From: Antedon mediterranea
Lineage: Eukaryota; Animalia; Echinodermata
Direction of reading: 5' to 3'
NCBI RefSeq assembly: GCF_964355755.1
Contig: NC_092672.1
Coordinates: forward strand, 14,446,001-14,510,000
DNA: 64,000 bases
The position numbers were made by a program, and so were the translations under genes. The notes under the pieces are model-generated. The model saw nothing but the letters and a program-made list of their open reading frames with translations. It ran no database searches and was not told the DNA's origin. Shown in pieces: positions 22,501 through 32,793 of the stretch. The number at the start of each line of letters is the position of its first letter. Within the stretch, counting starts at the first letter, position 1.

Positions 22501-25500
22501 TTCAAAATACAACACTATATAAATAAAAAATAATGAGATGAATCTAATAATGGACAACCGTAAGATATTAGTCAATACCTTCATTGGTAAAGGTTATTGG
22601 CGGCTCTATCGATTAACAATTTGATATTGTTATTAAACATGTTAATACATACGTTGTGCAAATACATTTAAATTGAAGACTGTCTTATTATTTCCTGTTA
22701 TCTCTCACAATATAATATATAGTTTATGTAGATGTTATAAGTTTATCAGCAAATTTGAATTACACGTTGTGAAAAAATAGTCAACATTTTGGTAACTTAT
22801 AGAGTGTAGGCCTAATATTTGTCTTTTTGATAGCCTGCTTTAAAATATTATTATATCATTTTTTGTAGTTTAAATAATATGAACTTATTGAGGGTTAGAT
22901 CATAGTTGAGCCTAAAGAAACACAATGAAAATATATATATATTAGATTAGCGTTAATTGTTAGGTTATTATTGATAATCAGGTTAGTTAGATCACGTCAT
23001 GGCTAAAATTAGATTCTCTATTTTTCTTAAACTACAATCTTATGAGAAATCAGATCTAAATTAACAACACTAAAATGATATTCACTTTTTACAGCAATTG
23101 CTATGCGCCTAACACACTATCGCAATGGAAAATATATCGGCGAAATTTCACGAGATAAAACATATGACTTTAATTTACAAGAATTTCGATACCTAAAAGA
23201 CGAGTGGATTGTCAAACCGGTAAGAATCACTTTATTTTAAATTCACATTTCAAAAATAAAGTTTAGTATTTATAGATTTTTTTCCGATAACATATTTTAA
23301 AAGTTATACTGTTTTATATTCATTTGTTTCAAAACATATTATAGGGAGATGATCTACTAGTTGAATGTGTATACAAGACGATGGATAGAGAAAAGGTTAC
23401 ATTTGTAAGTAGGCCTACTTATTATTAACAATATTCCTAATGGTGTAAATTATTTGTGTATATTAAACTAAAACGTTACTACGGCAACGGTAATATTTTG
23501 TTCGGAATGGAGGCTAGCGATAGTTTCTCAGAGCGCCGGAACGAATCCGGTCACGATGTGAAAGTTTGAACTTTATACATGCTATTCAGACCATTAAACC
23601 AAAGCTGTATTTTAAAGTAAAATTCAACACAAACATTTAAGTAAATAAAGTATTAATTATTATTACGAAGTAACGAATACAAATTGAAAACCACATACTT
23701 AAATCTTGATTAAGCTTAGTATATGTCACTTTTTTCCCTTCACTACTAACTCCGTAGCAACTGTATTGCAGTTTTGAAAATGTATTGCTCTGTTCGATAT
23801 TTTATTAAATTGTTTTTCAATATAATATTATTTTTCAAGGGAGGACTTTCGTCGAGAGATGAAATGTGCTCGGCGTTTATATTTTACTATCCTAAAGTAA
23901 ACGCTGGCAATTGCTACAGCGTTCCGCAACAAAAGAACCTTCATCTGAACCTTGATAATTCAAAGTAAGTTACGGTAAATTATTGGTTTTGTTGAGGTCC
24001 GGTATTCAATGTGGGTGTCGTGTAACTCCATTCCATGACGCTCATTCTGCTGTACCACTGTGGGGTTATATCAATAAAGCATAGGAATTTAGGACCAGGA
24101 ATTACAGTACCCTTTTCAACATTTTGTTTCGCTTTCCGTAATCATTTTATTGTTTATTATTTAATATTAATTCTATAATCATATAGAACTTCAACTCAGT
24201 TAAAACAACTTTTATGTATCTATCTTAAAATTGTACATTTATATTTTAATCACATTTAGTTCTAATGTCCCTAATTAAATATAGGCCCACTCTGAATCTC
24301 CTCTTAAATAGGAACTTATGCAGATTGAAAATGTCCTTGACAACACTGTCCCCAAATTATTGAATAGGTCGGAACCCTCTGGCAAATTATTGATAGATAT
24401 TGAATCGCAAAAGAGTCAGAACAACTGTCCATTACATTCTCCTCCGTGATAAGTGGGCACAGTAGCCTAAGATGCACGTAGAAGCACAAACTTCAGATAT
24501 AGGAACAAAGATAAATCTGATCTATAAAAATGTATAAATACATATAAGTATAGTGGTAATATAGCTTGGTTAATAGCTCAACAACATACAGCTTCTTACG
24601 TAAGGCGATGTTTGGAATTCGAAAAAGCTGATGCGGTCCTTACCTTCCACAATTGTATATGTAATCTACGGAACAATCTTGCCTATGGATGGCAATTTTT
24701 GTTTAAAATCTGGAATTTATAAAGGAACCGCACCTTCTTTCTTTGTCAACATATAGGCTACTCGTATGAATGGATGGAATATTTTATTTACAGTATAAAA
24801 ATGTCATTGGCCAAATAAACTAAAACGTCAGGTAAACCACCACCACTAGTAAGTAAGTGTAGGCCTATTATAATAATTACTCACAGCAGAATATTATGTA
24901 ATCTCTAATTTTTTTTACAATTATGTAGAGATGTACGTGAATCAATAGAAAGCATAGAATGGACAGATGAAAAAAGAAATGTTATCAGAAACTGGTGGTA
25001 TGATACACCCAGAATGTCACGGTGTACAAGCAATTTCCTTGAGGTAAGATATTATGGTATTACGATAATAGTGAATTTAAATAGGCTAAGTCGAAGTGAT
25101 ATGTTTAGTGAAAATTAATTCTTAATAAATTGTGCTGTGTTCTTTTGAAAGGGGAAATATAAAAACAATGTAGGCCTATATTGAAAGTTTTTTCGCCACT
25201 CTTAATAAACCCTTTTCTTTTGATACATTGAGTTCCATTTTTATCTCCAACTTGTATCTTTAATGTCAGTTAGGCCTATTAGGCCTACAAAAAAGAAATA
25301 TTGATTTAATAATGTATTTCTCTTTGATTTTAGGGATATAAAAATTATTATGAAGAAACAAGTTTGAAAGAGATCATTGCCTTACAAAATGGATCAGTTG
25401 AGGAGAGTAACAGTAATTGTTCAAGTTACGAAGACCGTTCAACAAGTCAGGGAAGAGTGAATCTCACTGTACCGAAATTAAATACAGTCAACTCTCCCAA

Positions 25501-25591
25501 TACCGGACACCCTTGGGCGGGCATATATTTTCCGGTTTTTCGAAAGTCCGGTTTCCTGAAAACATTTTTAAAGTCATCACGTTGTCACTGA
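1569..25591 (+). CDS. MOXD1: DBH-like monooxygenase (MOXD1-like copper type II monooxygenase), 3' part, 9 exons in window; last exon interrupted by a MITE
   Basis: GT-AG exons with consistent phases: 1569-1742 (IDPVIQPGNEGIVHHLIVKEC...YAWSVGGG), 5477-5579 (ALTFPEHVGYRIGGENEIKYLQLNIHYDNP), 21619-21785 (IRDSSGVRIYYTPTLRQYD...IPPREEAF), 22385-22442 (IFAVSFHAHLA), 23095-23219 (RNGKYIGEISRDKTYDFNLQE), 23345-23404 (GDDLLVECVYKT), 23840-23964 (GGLSSRDEMCSAFIFYYP), 24929-25043, 25334-25591 (current stop; ancestral stop 26829). CuH ligands (HH...H) and CuM ligands (HxH...M) are present. N-terminal exons lie upstream of the window. Confidence 0.9.
2005..3060 (+). repeat. Degenerate minisatellite/low-complexity array (~28-36-bp unit CCATCCATCAACTTCGTCATTCGTCCACCAAT)
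   Basis: Dozens of visible copies with variable numbers of (CCAT) units. It explains the spurious ORFs at 2463-2984, 2579-2782 and 2611-2943. Confidence 0.9.
3802..4753. mobile_element. Non-autonomous Mutator/MULE-like element, ~130-bp TIRs, 9-bp TSD
   Basis: TSD GTCCCGTTA at 3793-3801 and 4754-4762. TIR GCGATTTTTTTTTTCGTACATAAGTTGGGG...GCAACAAGAAG is mirrored at ~4632-4753. Confidence 0.88.
5644..5868 (+). repeat. Subterminal direct repeats of the palindromic element, left end (5 x TCCGCCAGGTGTTTCT, ~60-bp period)
   Basis: Core motif at 5644, 5704, 5733, 5793 and 5853. Confidence 0.92.
6039..6593 (+). CDS. Element-encoded 184-aa protein: acidic N-terminus with SIM-like VIIISDDED, and a CxxC-x5-SQ-x2-H-x2-C putative Zn-binding motif
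   Basis: ATG-initiated, intronless ORF with coding-like composition. The CYGCEFDRSSQKDHDFCC motif resembles, from my recollection, small accessory proteins of Polintons/adintoviruses. Mirrored at 18153-18779. Confidence 0.7.
   Translation: MSGSIYFSQGSCVDTVIIISDDEDTVVVPGSDIDDCYTAAEEVIPVGIEEGVERSNRPTSCIFTYVDEVEREFLLKMERLVKQLFAAQVLAKCWVLSKAACYGCEFDRSSQKDHDFCCMKSLEEQIDYFYREVLDKKYVSVDTVYNELNMQGEYSLPRYRHFVYFLVNTLINSEAIFKLLCEDI
6753..8545 (+). CDS. ALKBH2: Fusion of two tandem PC4 (ssDNA-binding) domains with an ALKBH2-like Fe(II)/2-oxoglutarate DNA dioxygenase, 3 exons, ~460 aa (left arm copy)
   Basis: Exons 6753-7694, 7903-8045 and 8248-8545 join in frame via GT-AG (CAG|GTTAGT..TGCAG; CCG|GTAAAT..TATAG). 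PC4 repeats: VSVCLREYYQTEENGVYKPGPLGINLPVLLWQKL and FVCIRRYYQSEEGGKFKPGKKGVNLPKSQWFKI. AlkB part: VYGKWFNIPRKQ|VSFGDSGLTYKYSG...FNFVLVNR|YATGSDYIGEHKDDE...IASVSLG...WYHSLP...RINLTFR, collinear with vertebrate ALKBH2, with HxD...H and RxxxxxR intact. Confidence 0.92.
11925..12220 (+). repeat. 148-bp tandem duplication next to the central hairpin (left arm)
   Basis: AGAGACTGTAACTAAATGTTTATTAC...GGGTTACAAATCTACA at 11925-12072 and 12073-12220. A partial third copy (ACATTAAAAGGTCAATTA) follows at ~12254. Confidence 0.92.
12375..12439. other. Central spacer of the giant palindrome: imperfect stem-loop
   Basis: Perfect arms stop at ...CATGACCTCTGGTC (12374) and resume at GACCAGAGGTCATG (12440). 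The spacer contains TTTCGAC-TTC-GTCGAAA (12397-12413), extended by GGGGGTTTCAG/TTGAGAGCCCCC pairing with G:T pairs and a bulge. Confidence 0.9.
12594..12889 (-). repeat. 148-bp tandem duplication (right arm mirror)
   Basis: Reverse complement of 11925-12220. Confidence 0.9.
16269..18061 (-). CDS. ALKBH2: Tandem PC4 - ALKBH2-like fusion, 3 exons (right arm copy)
   Basis: Mirror of 6753-8545. Exons 18061-17120, 16911-16769 and 16566-16269; ORF-track translations are identical to the left copy. Confidence 0.92.
18153..18779 (-). CDS. Right-arm copy of the acidic CxxC-H-C protein, 208 aa (C-terminus frameshifted by a 4-bp indel)
   Basis: Identical to 6039-6593 up to ...AIFKLL. Four extra bases at 18237-18240 (AATT) change the tail from CEDI* to IVRGYLNC...LFNY*. 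Confidence 0.68.
   Translation of the reverse strand: MSGSIYFSQGSCVDTVIIISDDEDTVVVPGSDIDDCYTAAEEVIPVGIEEGVERSNRPTSCIFTYVDEVEREFLLKMERLVKQLFAAQVLAKCWVLSKAACYGCEFDRSSQKDHDFCCMKSLEEQIDYFYREVLDKKYVSVDTVYNELNMQGEYSLPRYRHFVYFLVNTLINSEAIFKLLIVRGYLNCVSHVSRKRLTGNSNHYLFNY
18950..19174 (-). repeat. Subterminal direct repeats, right end (5 x AGAAACACCTGGCGGA)
   Basis: Mirror of 5644-5868. Confidence 0.92.
19550..19880 (-). mobile_element. RTE-clade LINE 3' fragment
   Basis: Minus-strand translation near 19640-19780 gives ...YGHIIRLPDDTPIKQ...KVKRPVGRPRNNWMNQIKKDL, typical of the C-terminus of RTE-type ORF2. Confidence 0.65.
19890..20199 (+). mobile_element. tRNA-derived SINE with a Deu/Nin-like central domain
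   Basis: A-box TGGCCGAGCGGTTAAG and B-box GGTTCGAGGC. Core CGGATAAGGACTATAAACCG...AAAGAACCTAGTACATCTTTCGAGACGAGTAGGGGGTTACCCCGGTGT resembles the Deu domain. Short repeat tail (TAAAGA). The 3' half recurs inverted at ~45510-45620. Confidence 0.75.
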
Positions 25592-26792
25592 AAATGCTTT
25601 GAATCACCGGTCCGAATGCTGCCCGGTACGATCTCCTAGCGTAGGGAAGGCCTAGGCTATGATTGTATCAATCTAGTTTTAATTAAATAAATACTGATAG
25701 GCCTAGGCCTACTTTATTAATATTAAGCTAATTCAATTTACCTTTTTTAAAAGTTACATTATTTACTGTACCAATAAAACATGTTACAATAGTAAATTAT
25801 TGTTTCTCAATGTGTTTTTAACGGCAAAAAGGCCTACGTACGTACGTACGTACGGTGAACATAATTTCGGTCTGTTTATTGTTTTTCGTGAGCTAGCTAG
25901 CAGCAGCAGCAGCATGGTGCAGTGTGGTGGGGGTGATAAGGGCTTTGATTGATGCGCATGTGCAGAGGTGTCATAACCAAATAAAAACGCCCACACCTAG
26001 ACCACATGTTTTTTAAGCTCCTTTATTTTGACGTAATTTGATAGCAATAAACGAGCCAAGCAATAATGACACAATAATTAATTGGTAACATTTCAAAGTT
26101 TATTAACACTAGTTAAGTCAAGTTCATTCCGTTTACGTTTTGCCATAATGATTTCCAAATTTATAATGATGCACATTTTTAGTGAAACATTCCTTTTTAA
26201 AGTCCTATTGCAATTGTGAATTTAACAATAATTTAAACAAAACAAAGACACAAAGTGGAATGTAACTTGAACTTTATTAAAAAACAATTCATATGCTAAA
26301 AAACAGGGAGTTGTTAACAACTCCCTGCTAAAAACAATAGATAGCGCTTCGATGTGAAAAAGCCCACCGGAGTTCGATACGCAACAAAGCAATTGCCGCC
26401 TCGTGGGTTAACAATGAACTGACCTGTCAATCACAGTGTAGTGCTCCATGGCAACATTATTTGATCGTACCGCGAAACGTCGTGCACTTCATGCATGGTG
26501 AGGGTATGGTTAAAAGCTTTTGTACATTGTGAATGTATTGAATCCGAGTCAGCGACGACGATGTTGCGTTGTTTTCGTAAATATTTGGAGTTTTTTAACT
26601 GTCAGTCCGGTTTTCAGACGCTAATTTTCGTGTTTTGTACTTCATAATTTGTCCGGATTCCGGAATTGGGTATTCCGGTTTTCATAATAAATTACAGTAC
26701 ATTTAGAATAGGGACAAATTGGGCCCTCCAAAAATGTCCGGTTTTTCGTGAATTCCGGTTTTGGGAGAGTCCGGTATTGGGAGAGTTGACTG
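25485..26792. mobile_element. 1308-bp non-autonomous Tc1/mariner-pogo (Tigger-like) element, copy 1, inserted in the last MOXD1 coding exon
   Basis: TIR CAGTCAACTCTCCCAATACCGGAC ... GTCCGGTATTGGGAGAGTTGACTG; TA duplication at 25483-25484 and 26793-26794. Confidence 0.93.
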
Positions 26793-27336
26793 TATAATAC
26801 TCTTTGCATTCCTTTTTCTTGTATTTTAAACATGTATTCCCTCCAATCAAAAGACTTTTTATGCTGTACCATGTTTATAATGTAAAGTGCCGCCGAAATG
26901 AGCGCTATAAGTGTTAATGTATGTTATGTTTTGCGGAAAATGAATCAAACTGGGCTTGATTTGATATTCTTGTTGTGTATAAAGGATATATACATTCTAT
27001 ACTGGAACATGATGTTGCTGTGTGGAACCCGTCATCTTGAAACCTTCAGGGATAGTTTTTTATACAAAGGATCGTCTTTGCTCAATGCATTACCTTTCGA
27101 AATCCAAAACTCAACATCATTTAATATTTTTAAAGTTACAACAAAAAAATATCTCACCCCTATTCCTTTTGAGGGGGGGGGGGGGGTGTTCTATTTTTCG
27201 TTTTTGTATCGTTCCCGTTTTTTCATGCATGTCAGCCTCGGCTGTTTTGATTCACCTTTATTAAACTAAGATTAATAAAAAAAATTAAAAACCTTTTACC
27301 GGTCTTAGACCAATGTCTGTTATCCCTTACTAAGGT

Positions 27337-27590
27337 TGTGTTTATGAACATGGATATGCCAGAGGTCTCTCCTGACAAGGCTAAATCAAAATTCTCCCTA
27401 CCGTTTACAGACATCTAGTTTTCCGGCTACTCATGGCCTTATTTTCAGCCTGATTTGCATGATTATCTCATAAAATACATTGTATTAGTATAGTATAGAC
27501 TAGAAGTCTGTAAACGGTAGGGAGAATTTTGATTTAGCCTTGTCAGGAGAGACCTCTGGCATATCCAGATACTTTAAATGTTCATAAACA
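27337..27590. repeat. Short foldback/MITE-like inverted repeat
   Basis: GGATATGCCAGAGGTCTCTCCTGACAAGGCTAAATCAAAATTCTCCCTACCGTTTACAGAC (~27352-27412) is inverted at ~27507-27566. Outer pair GTGTTTATGAACAT/ATGTTCATAAACAC. Confidence 0.8.
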
Positions 27591-29031
27591 CTGGGCCAAT
27601 ACCTATCCCAACCTCAGAAAACCATATAATTTTACAAAGGAATGCTACCGCGGTCTCATTCGTTTCCTTTGTTTGCTAAAGTTGAATGTTCGCAATATTT
27701 TTGATATTAATATTTTACAACAATACATTTTATACTTGTGTAAGCATCTGTGTAATCTGTTTATTTATAAATTTGCTCGTCATGCATATTCCACAAGAAA
27801 CCGATTTGATATTTATATTCCCACTCATTGCACTAATCATTAATTACAATATAACATCAGATTTTCTGGTTATTATTTATGGAATAATTTATCACCTCCT
27901 ATCGTCAATCTTCAAGAGAACATTTTCTTTTAAACTTAAAAAAAAGTATTTACCTTTATAATGTATTATCTTATTTAATTTTATGGATGTGAATTTCCAA
28001 TTCAAAAGATGAATTGATTGATAAGATTGACAATTTATTATCTTTAATTGTGGCATGGGATCGAAGCTCTTATTTTATTAATTGGCTAGAGCATTCTGAA
28101 ATCTTTCGTGATTTCCTCCCCTTGTCTAACATTCATAAATTCGATGTCCCTCTTTGTAACAAAAAAAGATACAGTCGCTCTGTCGTCCCTTTAATTACAA
28201 ATGAAATTAAATTGTTCTCGAATGAGGTCTTTTTTTCTGCAATCAATTAATTAGGTGATCATTTAGAATAAAATAATCACCTATTGTTTATTGTTTTCTT
28301 AAATTTTCTATTTATTAGCATATTTTTTATTATATTTTACGTCCTTAGGCACATGTAACCAAAGATTACCAATAGTTAATTAATCACTGTCCTATCAGAT
28401 AGGTGGTAATCCCCATATATTAATCACTGTCCTATCAGATAGGTGCTAATCCCCATATATATAGTTGTAATGATATTGTCTGATTTGTCTATTATTATAA
28501 CCAATGAAATTAATTATTTGTAATAATGCTTGATCCAAACATCATTTTAAAAATCGAGGGTATTTTCTTATTGTATAGTTATTTATAGTAGACAGTCTAT
28601 GTATCGGTACCAACTCCCAACGGGTAGCACTATAAACAAACGTTAACGTCGTTTAATTGTTTAACTATTTAAACTTCATATTTGTAAAAATTCAGACACA
28701 TGGAACCTTTGAAGTAGGCATACCAAAATAAATTAAGTAGCAATACAAACAATTCAACGTATGGTGTATGGCCTAGAATTCAACGTATGGTGTATGGCCT
28801 AAAATTTGAACGGCTTTGTATGAATTCGTCGAAACCTAACCACAGATCAAAGTCTGTTACGATAGCCTATGTGTTTCGAAGTCGACCTCAGCGTCCTGTT
28901 GCTGCCTTGCCTGTGACGTGTTATAGTATTTACTTGTAATAAATTACCATTCCTTAACCTATACACAGTAGCAAGCATATATAGGAACATTCTAGAATAT
29001 AAGGGCATGTTAAAAATTAAGAAACAATGTA

Positions 29032-30339
29032 CAGTCAACTCTCCCAATACCGGACACCCTTGGGCGGGCATATATTTTCCGGTTTTTCGAAAGTCCGGTT
29101 TCCTGAAAACATTTTTAAAGTCATCACGTTGTCACTGAAAATGCTTTGAATCACCGGTCCGAATGCTGCCCGGTACGATCTCCTAGCGTAGGGAAGGCCT
29201 AGGCTATGATTGTATCAATCTAGTTTTAATTAAATAAATACTGATAGGCCTAGGCCTACTTTATTAATATTAAGCTAATTCAATTTACCTTTTTTAAAAG
29301 TTACATTATTTACTGTACCAATAAAACATGTTACAATAGTAAATTATTGTTTCTCAATGTGTTTTTAACGGCAAAAAGGCCTACGTACGTACGTACGTAC
29401 GGTGAACATAATTTCGGTCTGTTTATTGTTTTTCGTGAGCTAGCTAGCAGCAGCAGCAGCATGGTGCAGTGTGGTGGGGGTGATAAGGGCTTTGATTGAT
29501 GCGCATGTGCAGAGGTGTCATAACCAAATAAAAACGCCCACACCTAGACCACATGTTTTTTAAGCTCCTTTATTTTGACGTAATTTGATAGCAATAAACG
29601 AGCCAAGCAATAATGACACAATAATTAATTGGTAACATTTCAAAGTTTATTAACACTAGTTAAGTCAAGTTCATTCCGTTTACGTTTTGCCATAATGATT
29701 TCCAAATTTATAATGATGCACATTTTTAGTGAAACATTCCTTTTTAAAGTCCTATTGCAATTGTGAATTTAACAATAATTTAAACAAAACAAAGACACAA
29801 AGTGGAATGTAACTTGAACTTTATTAAAAAACAATTCATATGCTAAAAAACAGGGAGTTGTTAACAACTCCCTGCTAAAAACAATAGATAGCGCTTCGAT
29901 GTGAAAAAGCCCACCGGAGTTCGATACGCAACAAAGCAATTGCCGCCTCGTGGGTTAACAATGAACTGACCTGTCAATCACAGTGTAGTGCTCCATGGCA
30001 ACATTATTTGATCGTACCGCGAAACGTCGTGCACTTCATGCATGGTGAGGGTATGGTTAAAAGCTTTTGTACATTGTGAATGTATTGAATCCGAGTCAGC
30101 GACGACGATGTTGCGTTGTTTTCGTAAATATTTGGAGTTTTTTAACTGTCAGTCCGGTTTTCAGACGCTAATTTTCGTGTTTTGTACTTCATAATTTGTC
30201 CGGATTCCGGAATTGGGTATTCCGGTTTTCATAATAAATTACAGTACATTTAGAATAGGGACAAATTGGGCCCTCCAAAAATGTCCGGTTTTTCGTGAAT
30301 TCCGGTTTTGGGAGAGTCCGGTATTGGGAGAGTTGACTG
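29032..30339. mobile_element. 1308-bp Tc1/mariner-pogo-like element, copy 2 (same orientation, apparently identical to copy 1)
   Basis: Same TIRs; TA at 29030-29031 and 30340-30341; constant offset of 3547 from copy 1; identical internal ORF translation. Confidence 0.93.
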
Positions 30340-32793
30340 TATAATAATATAAGAACAATTAGGAACATTCCAGAAGTATACTATTAATAGAATCTGTAAA
30401 CTAAATAGAATAAGAAGTATAAGGAATGATCTAGAAGGTTATGATCATATTGTATAAGGGGAAGTAGGACAATTGTAAGAAGGAAGAAGGATTTTTGATT
30501 GAAGAATATATTTTGAAGAAGGTTGTTGGATTTTGAATTATTGTGAAGCTGTTGTTTAAAGTGTATACTGGATTGTTGAAGTTTACAACTTTGTGGATTT
30601 TGTGTGTATACTTTTATGTCACTTTTATGTTCGGCTCATGAGCGATTTCTCGATTTATATGTAATTCTTGTGTTTTTTGTAATTTGCTATAGTTTTAACA
30701 ATTAAAAAAATAAAACAAATTGGTGATACAAGTCCTGTCTCTACTGTCCATGATAATAACTAGTAAATAAATAATACAATAAGTATAATAATAATTAAGA
30801 CCTAAAAAGAGCCGGAATATTTGCAAAATCTTTTTTTTTTAAATGCGAACTCTGCAAAATCCAACTCTTGAACAGTAGAAATATGAAAATACTTTTCAAT
30901 GCAAATATTATACTATTGGGTTTTCCACAAGATTTCTTTATTTTGAGAGAGGAAAATACTGCATATAATAAATGGAGAAATATACCAATTAAACTAAAAC
31001 ACTTAGTCGAAATAAAATATCTCTAAAATGGAATGGCACTTTTTACACACACAAAAATGATGAAATGAAAAAATTAAATATCGCACAGGATGGGTAGTTT
31101 TCTTTTTATATTATAAATAATATTGTTATGTTAGTTTATTGTTTTCATTAAATTTGTTAAAAAGAGATAGTGAAAAGTATTGCTACTGTAATATTAATAT
31201 TGGATGGGCGTTAAATCTTTAAGTATAGTCTTTCCCTCCCCTGATGGAGTATTGTTGTTTACAATTGTGATTAACAATTTCACCGACGGGTGGTCCTTGA
31301 GACATTCACCGACGGGTGGTCCTTGAGACATACACCGACGGGTGGTCGATCCTTGAGACTTATTTTGTTTCATATTTCGAAGTATAATAAGTCAATTTTC
31401 TGTGGATCTACTGTAACATCTCTATTTTTCAAAATGTTTTTTAGATCAGCCCCAATCGGGCTGGTTCTTGAGACTATAGCGTTTCATATTTTGAAGTAAA
31501 TGTCCAATTTCTGGAGACCCAAAAATGTTCTTAGCTCCATCCTAAACGTGGTAGGGCTAGTTTATTTCATATTTCGAAGTGTATAGTAAGATAAGTCAAA
31601 TTTCCGGGGACCTCAGCTCTATTTTTCAAAGTTTCATCAACCATAGTGCCGCCATAGTGGTCCTGTAGAGTCCTGTAGACTTAGTGTTTCATATTTCAAT
31701 GTATGATGTGCCACTTCTGTGGACCATATTCAGCTCTATTTTTCCAAGCAGAGTGGGGCTGAGCATGGAGGAAAAATTCATGGGCTGAGATACTGGAGAC
31801 TAGACTCTGTTTAATTTTTAAAATCAAGTGCCATTTCGGGAATCTAGAGCAGCCTATTTTTTCAAAATTATCTTAGCTCAGGCAACCATGGCCGGGCTGG
31901 TCCACGGAGACTATTATAATTTTGTTTCATATTTCGTGTAATAAGTTTTATATTTCAAATTAAGTGCCATATCCGAGGACCTAGCAGCTCTATTTTCTGA
32001 ATTTTTTTAGGTAAAACCAGCCAACGCTCCGAGATTCTAAAGTTAAAATTATACAATCATTCTTTGATCGTTAATCCACTTTCATTTAATATTATCTTGG
32101 ACCTTATTGATGACCTTTAGGACTATATATATTTGTATTATATATTTTCCATCTCTTTTTTGTTTAAATCTTCAACATTCTGATGGGATGGCCATAAGTA
32201 CAATACTAGAGGAAAATGTAAACTTCGACCTCCTCTTCGAAGACTAGTTTCTACAAGTCATAGTATCGCTGTTTCAGGTACTCGTGTCTGAAACAATAAA
32301 GATATAAAAAAATGCAATTTCAATTAATGTATTTTTATAAGTTTAATCTATTTAAAGTATTTCTGTCGATGCTATTGTAACTTTTCATTATTTCACTATT
32401 ATTATGTGTATTATTTTACTGTTTTATGGCTGATTAGTAAGTTTTTAGGTCATCAACCACATACAAGCTTTTGTTAGCCTTTTCATCTTTTATTGCATTT
32501 TACTCTATATTTTTAATACTATTTTTTATTTTCTCTTTGGATAAATTGAAATGAAATGTACAAATTTATGACTTTGAAACGTTTCTTCTGACGTCATTCA
32601 AATGTAATGCTGCTGCTATAGAGGGCGTCATTCCAACAATGGGGAAGAAGAAAGAAGTTAGTTTGCCAACCAACCAACAGTTACAGTGCTCAGCAACATT
32701 GACGAATTTCTAATTTTTTGATACAGTATTTGGGTCAACTATATTGGTGTTATTGTTATACTCTAACCTGTTTATAGGCCCAGGTAGTTTACG

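Noticed and set aside
24794-24831. Possible extra MOXD1 mini-exon (CAG...CAG|GTAAAC)
   Set aside because: Stop codons in all three frames; the flanking exons join in phase without it.
28919-30760. Possible solo LTR hosting MITE copy 2
   Set aside because: Composition is LTR-like and it starts with TGT, but no CA end, TSD or partner LTR could be established.
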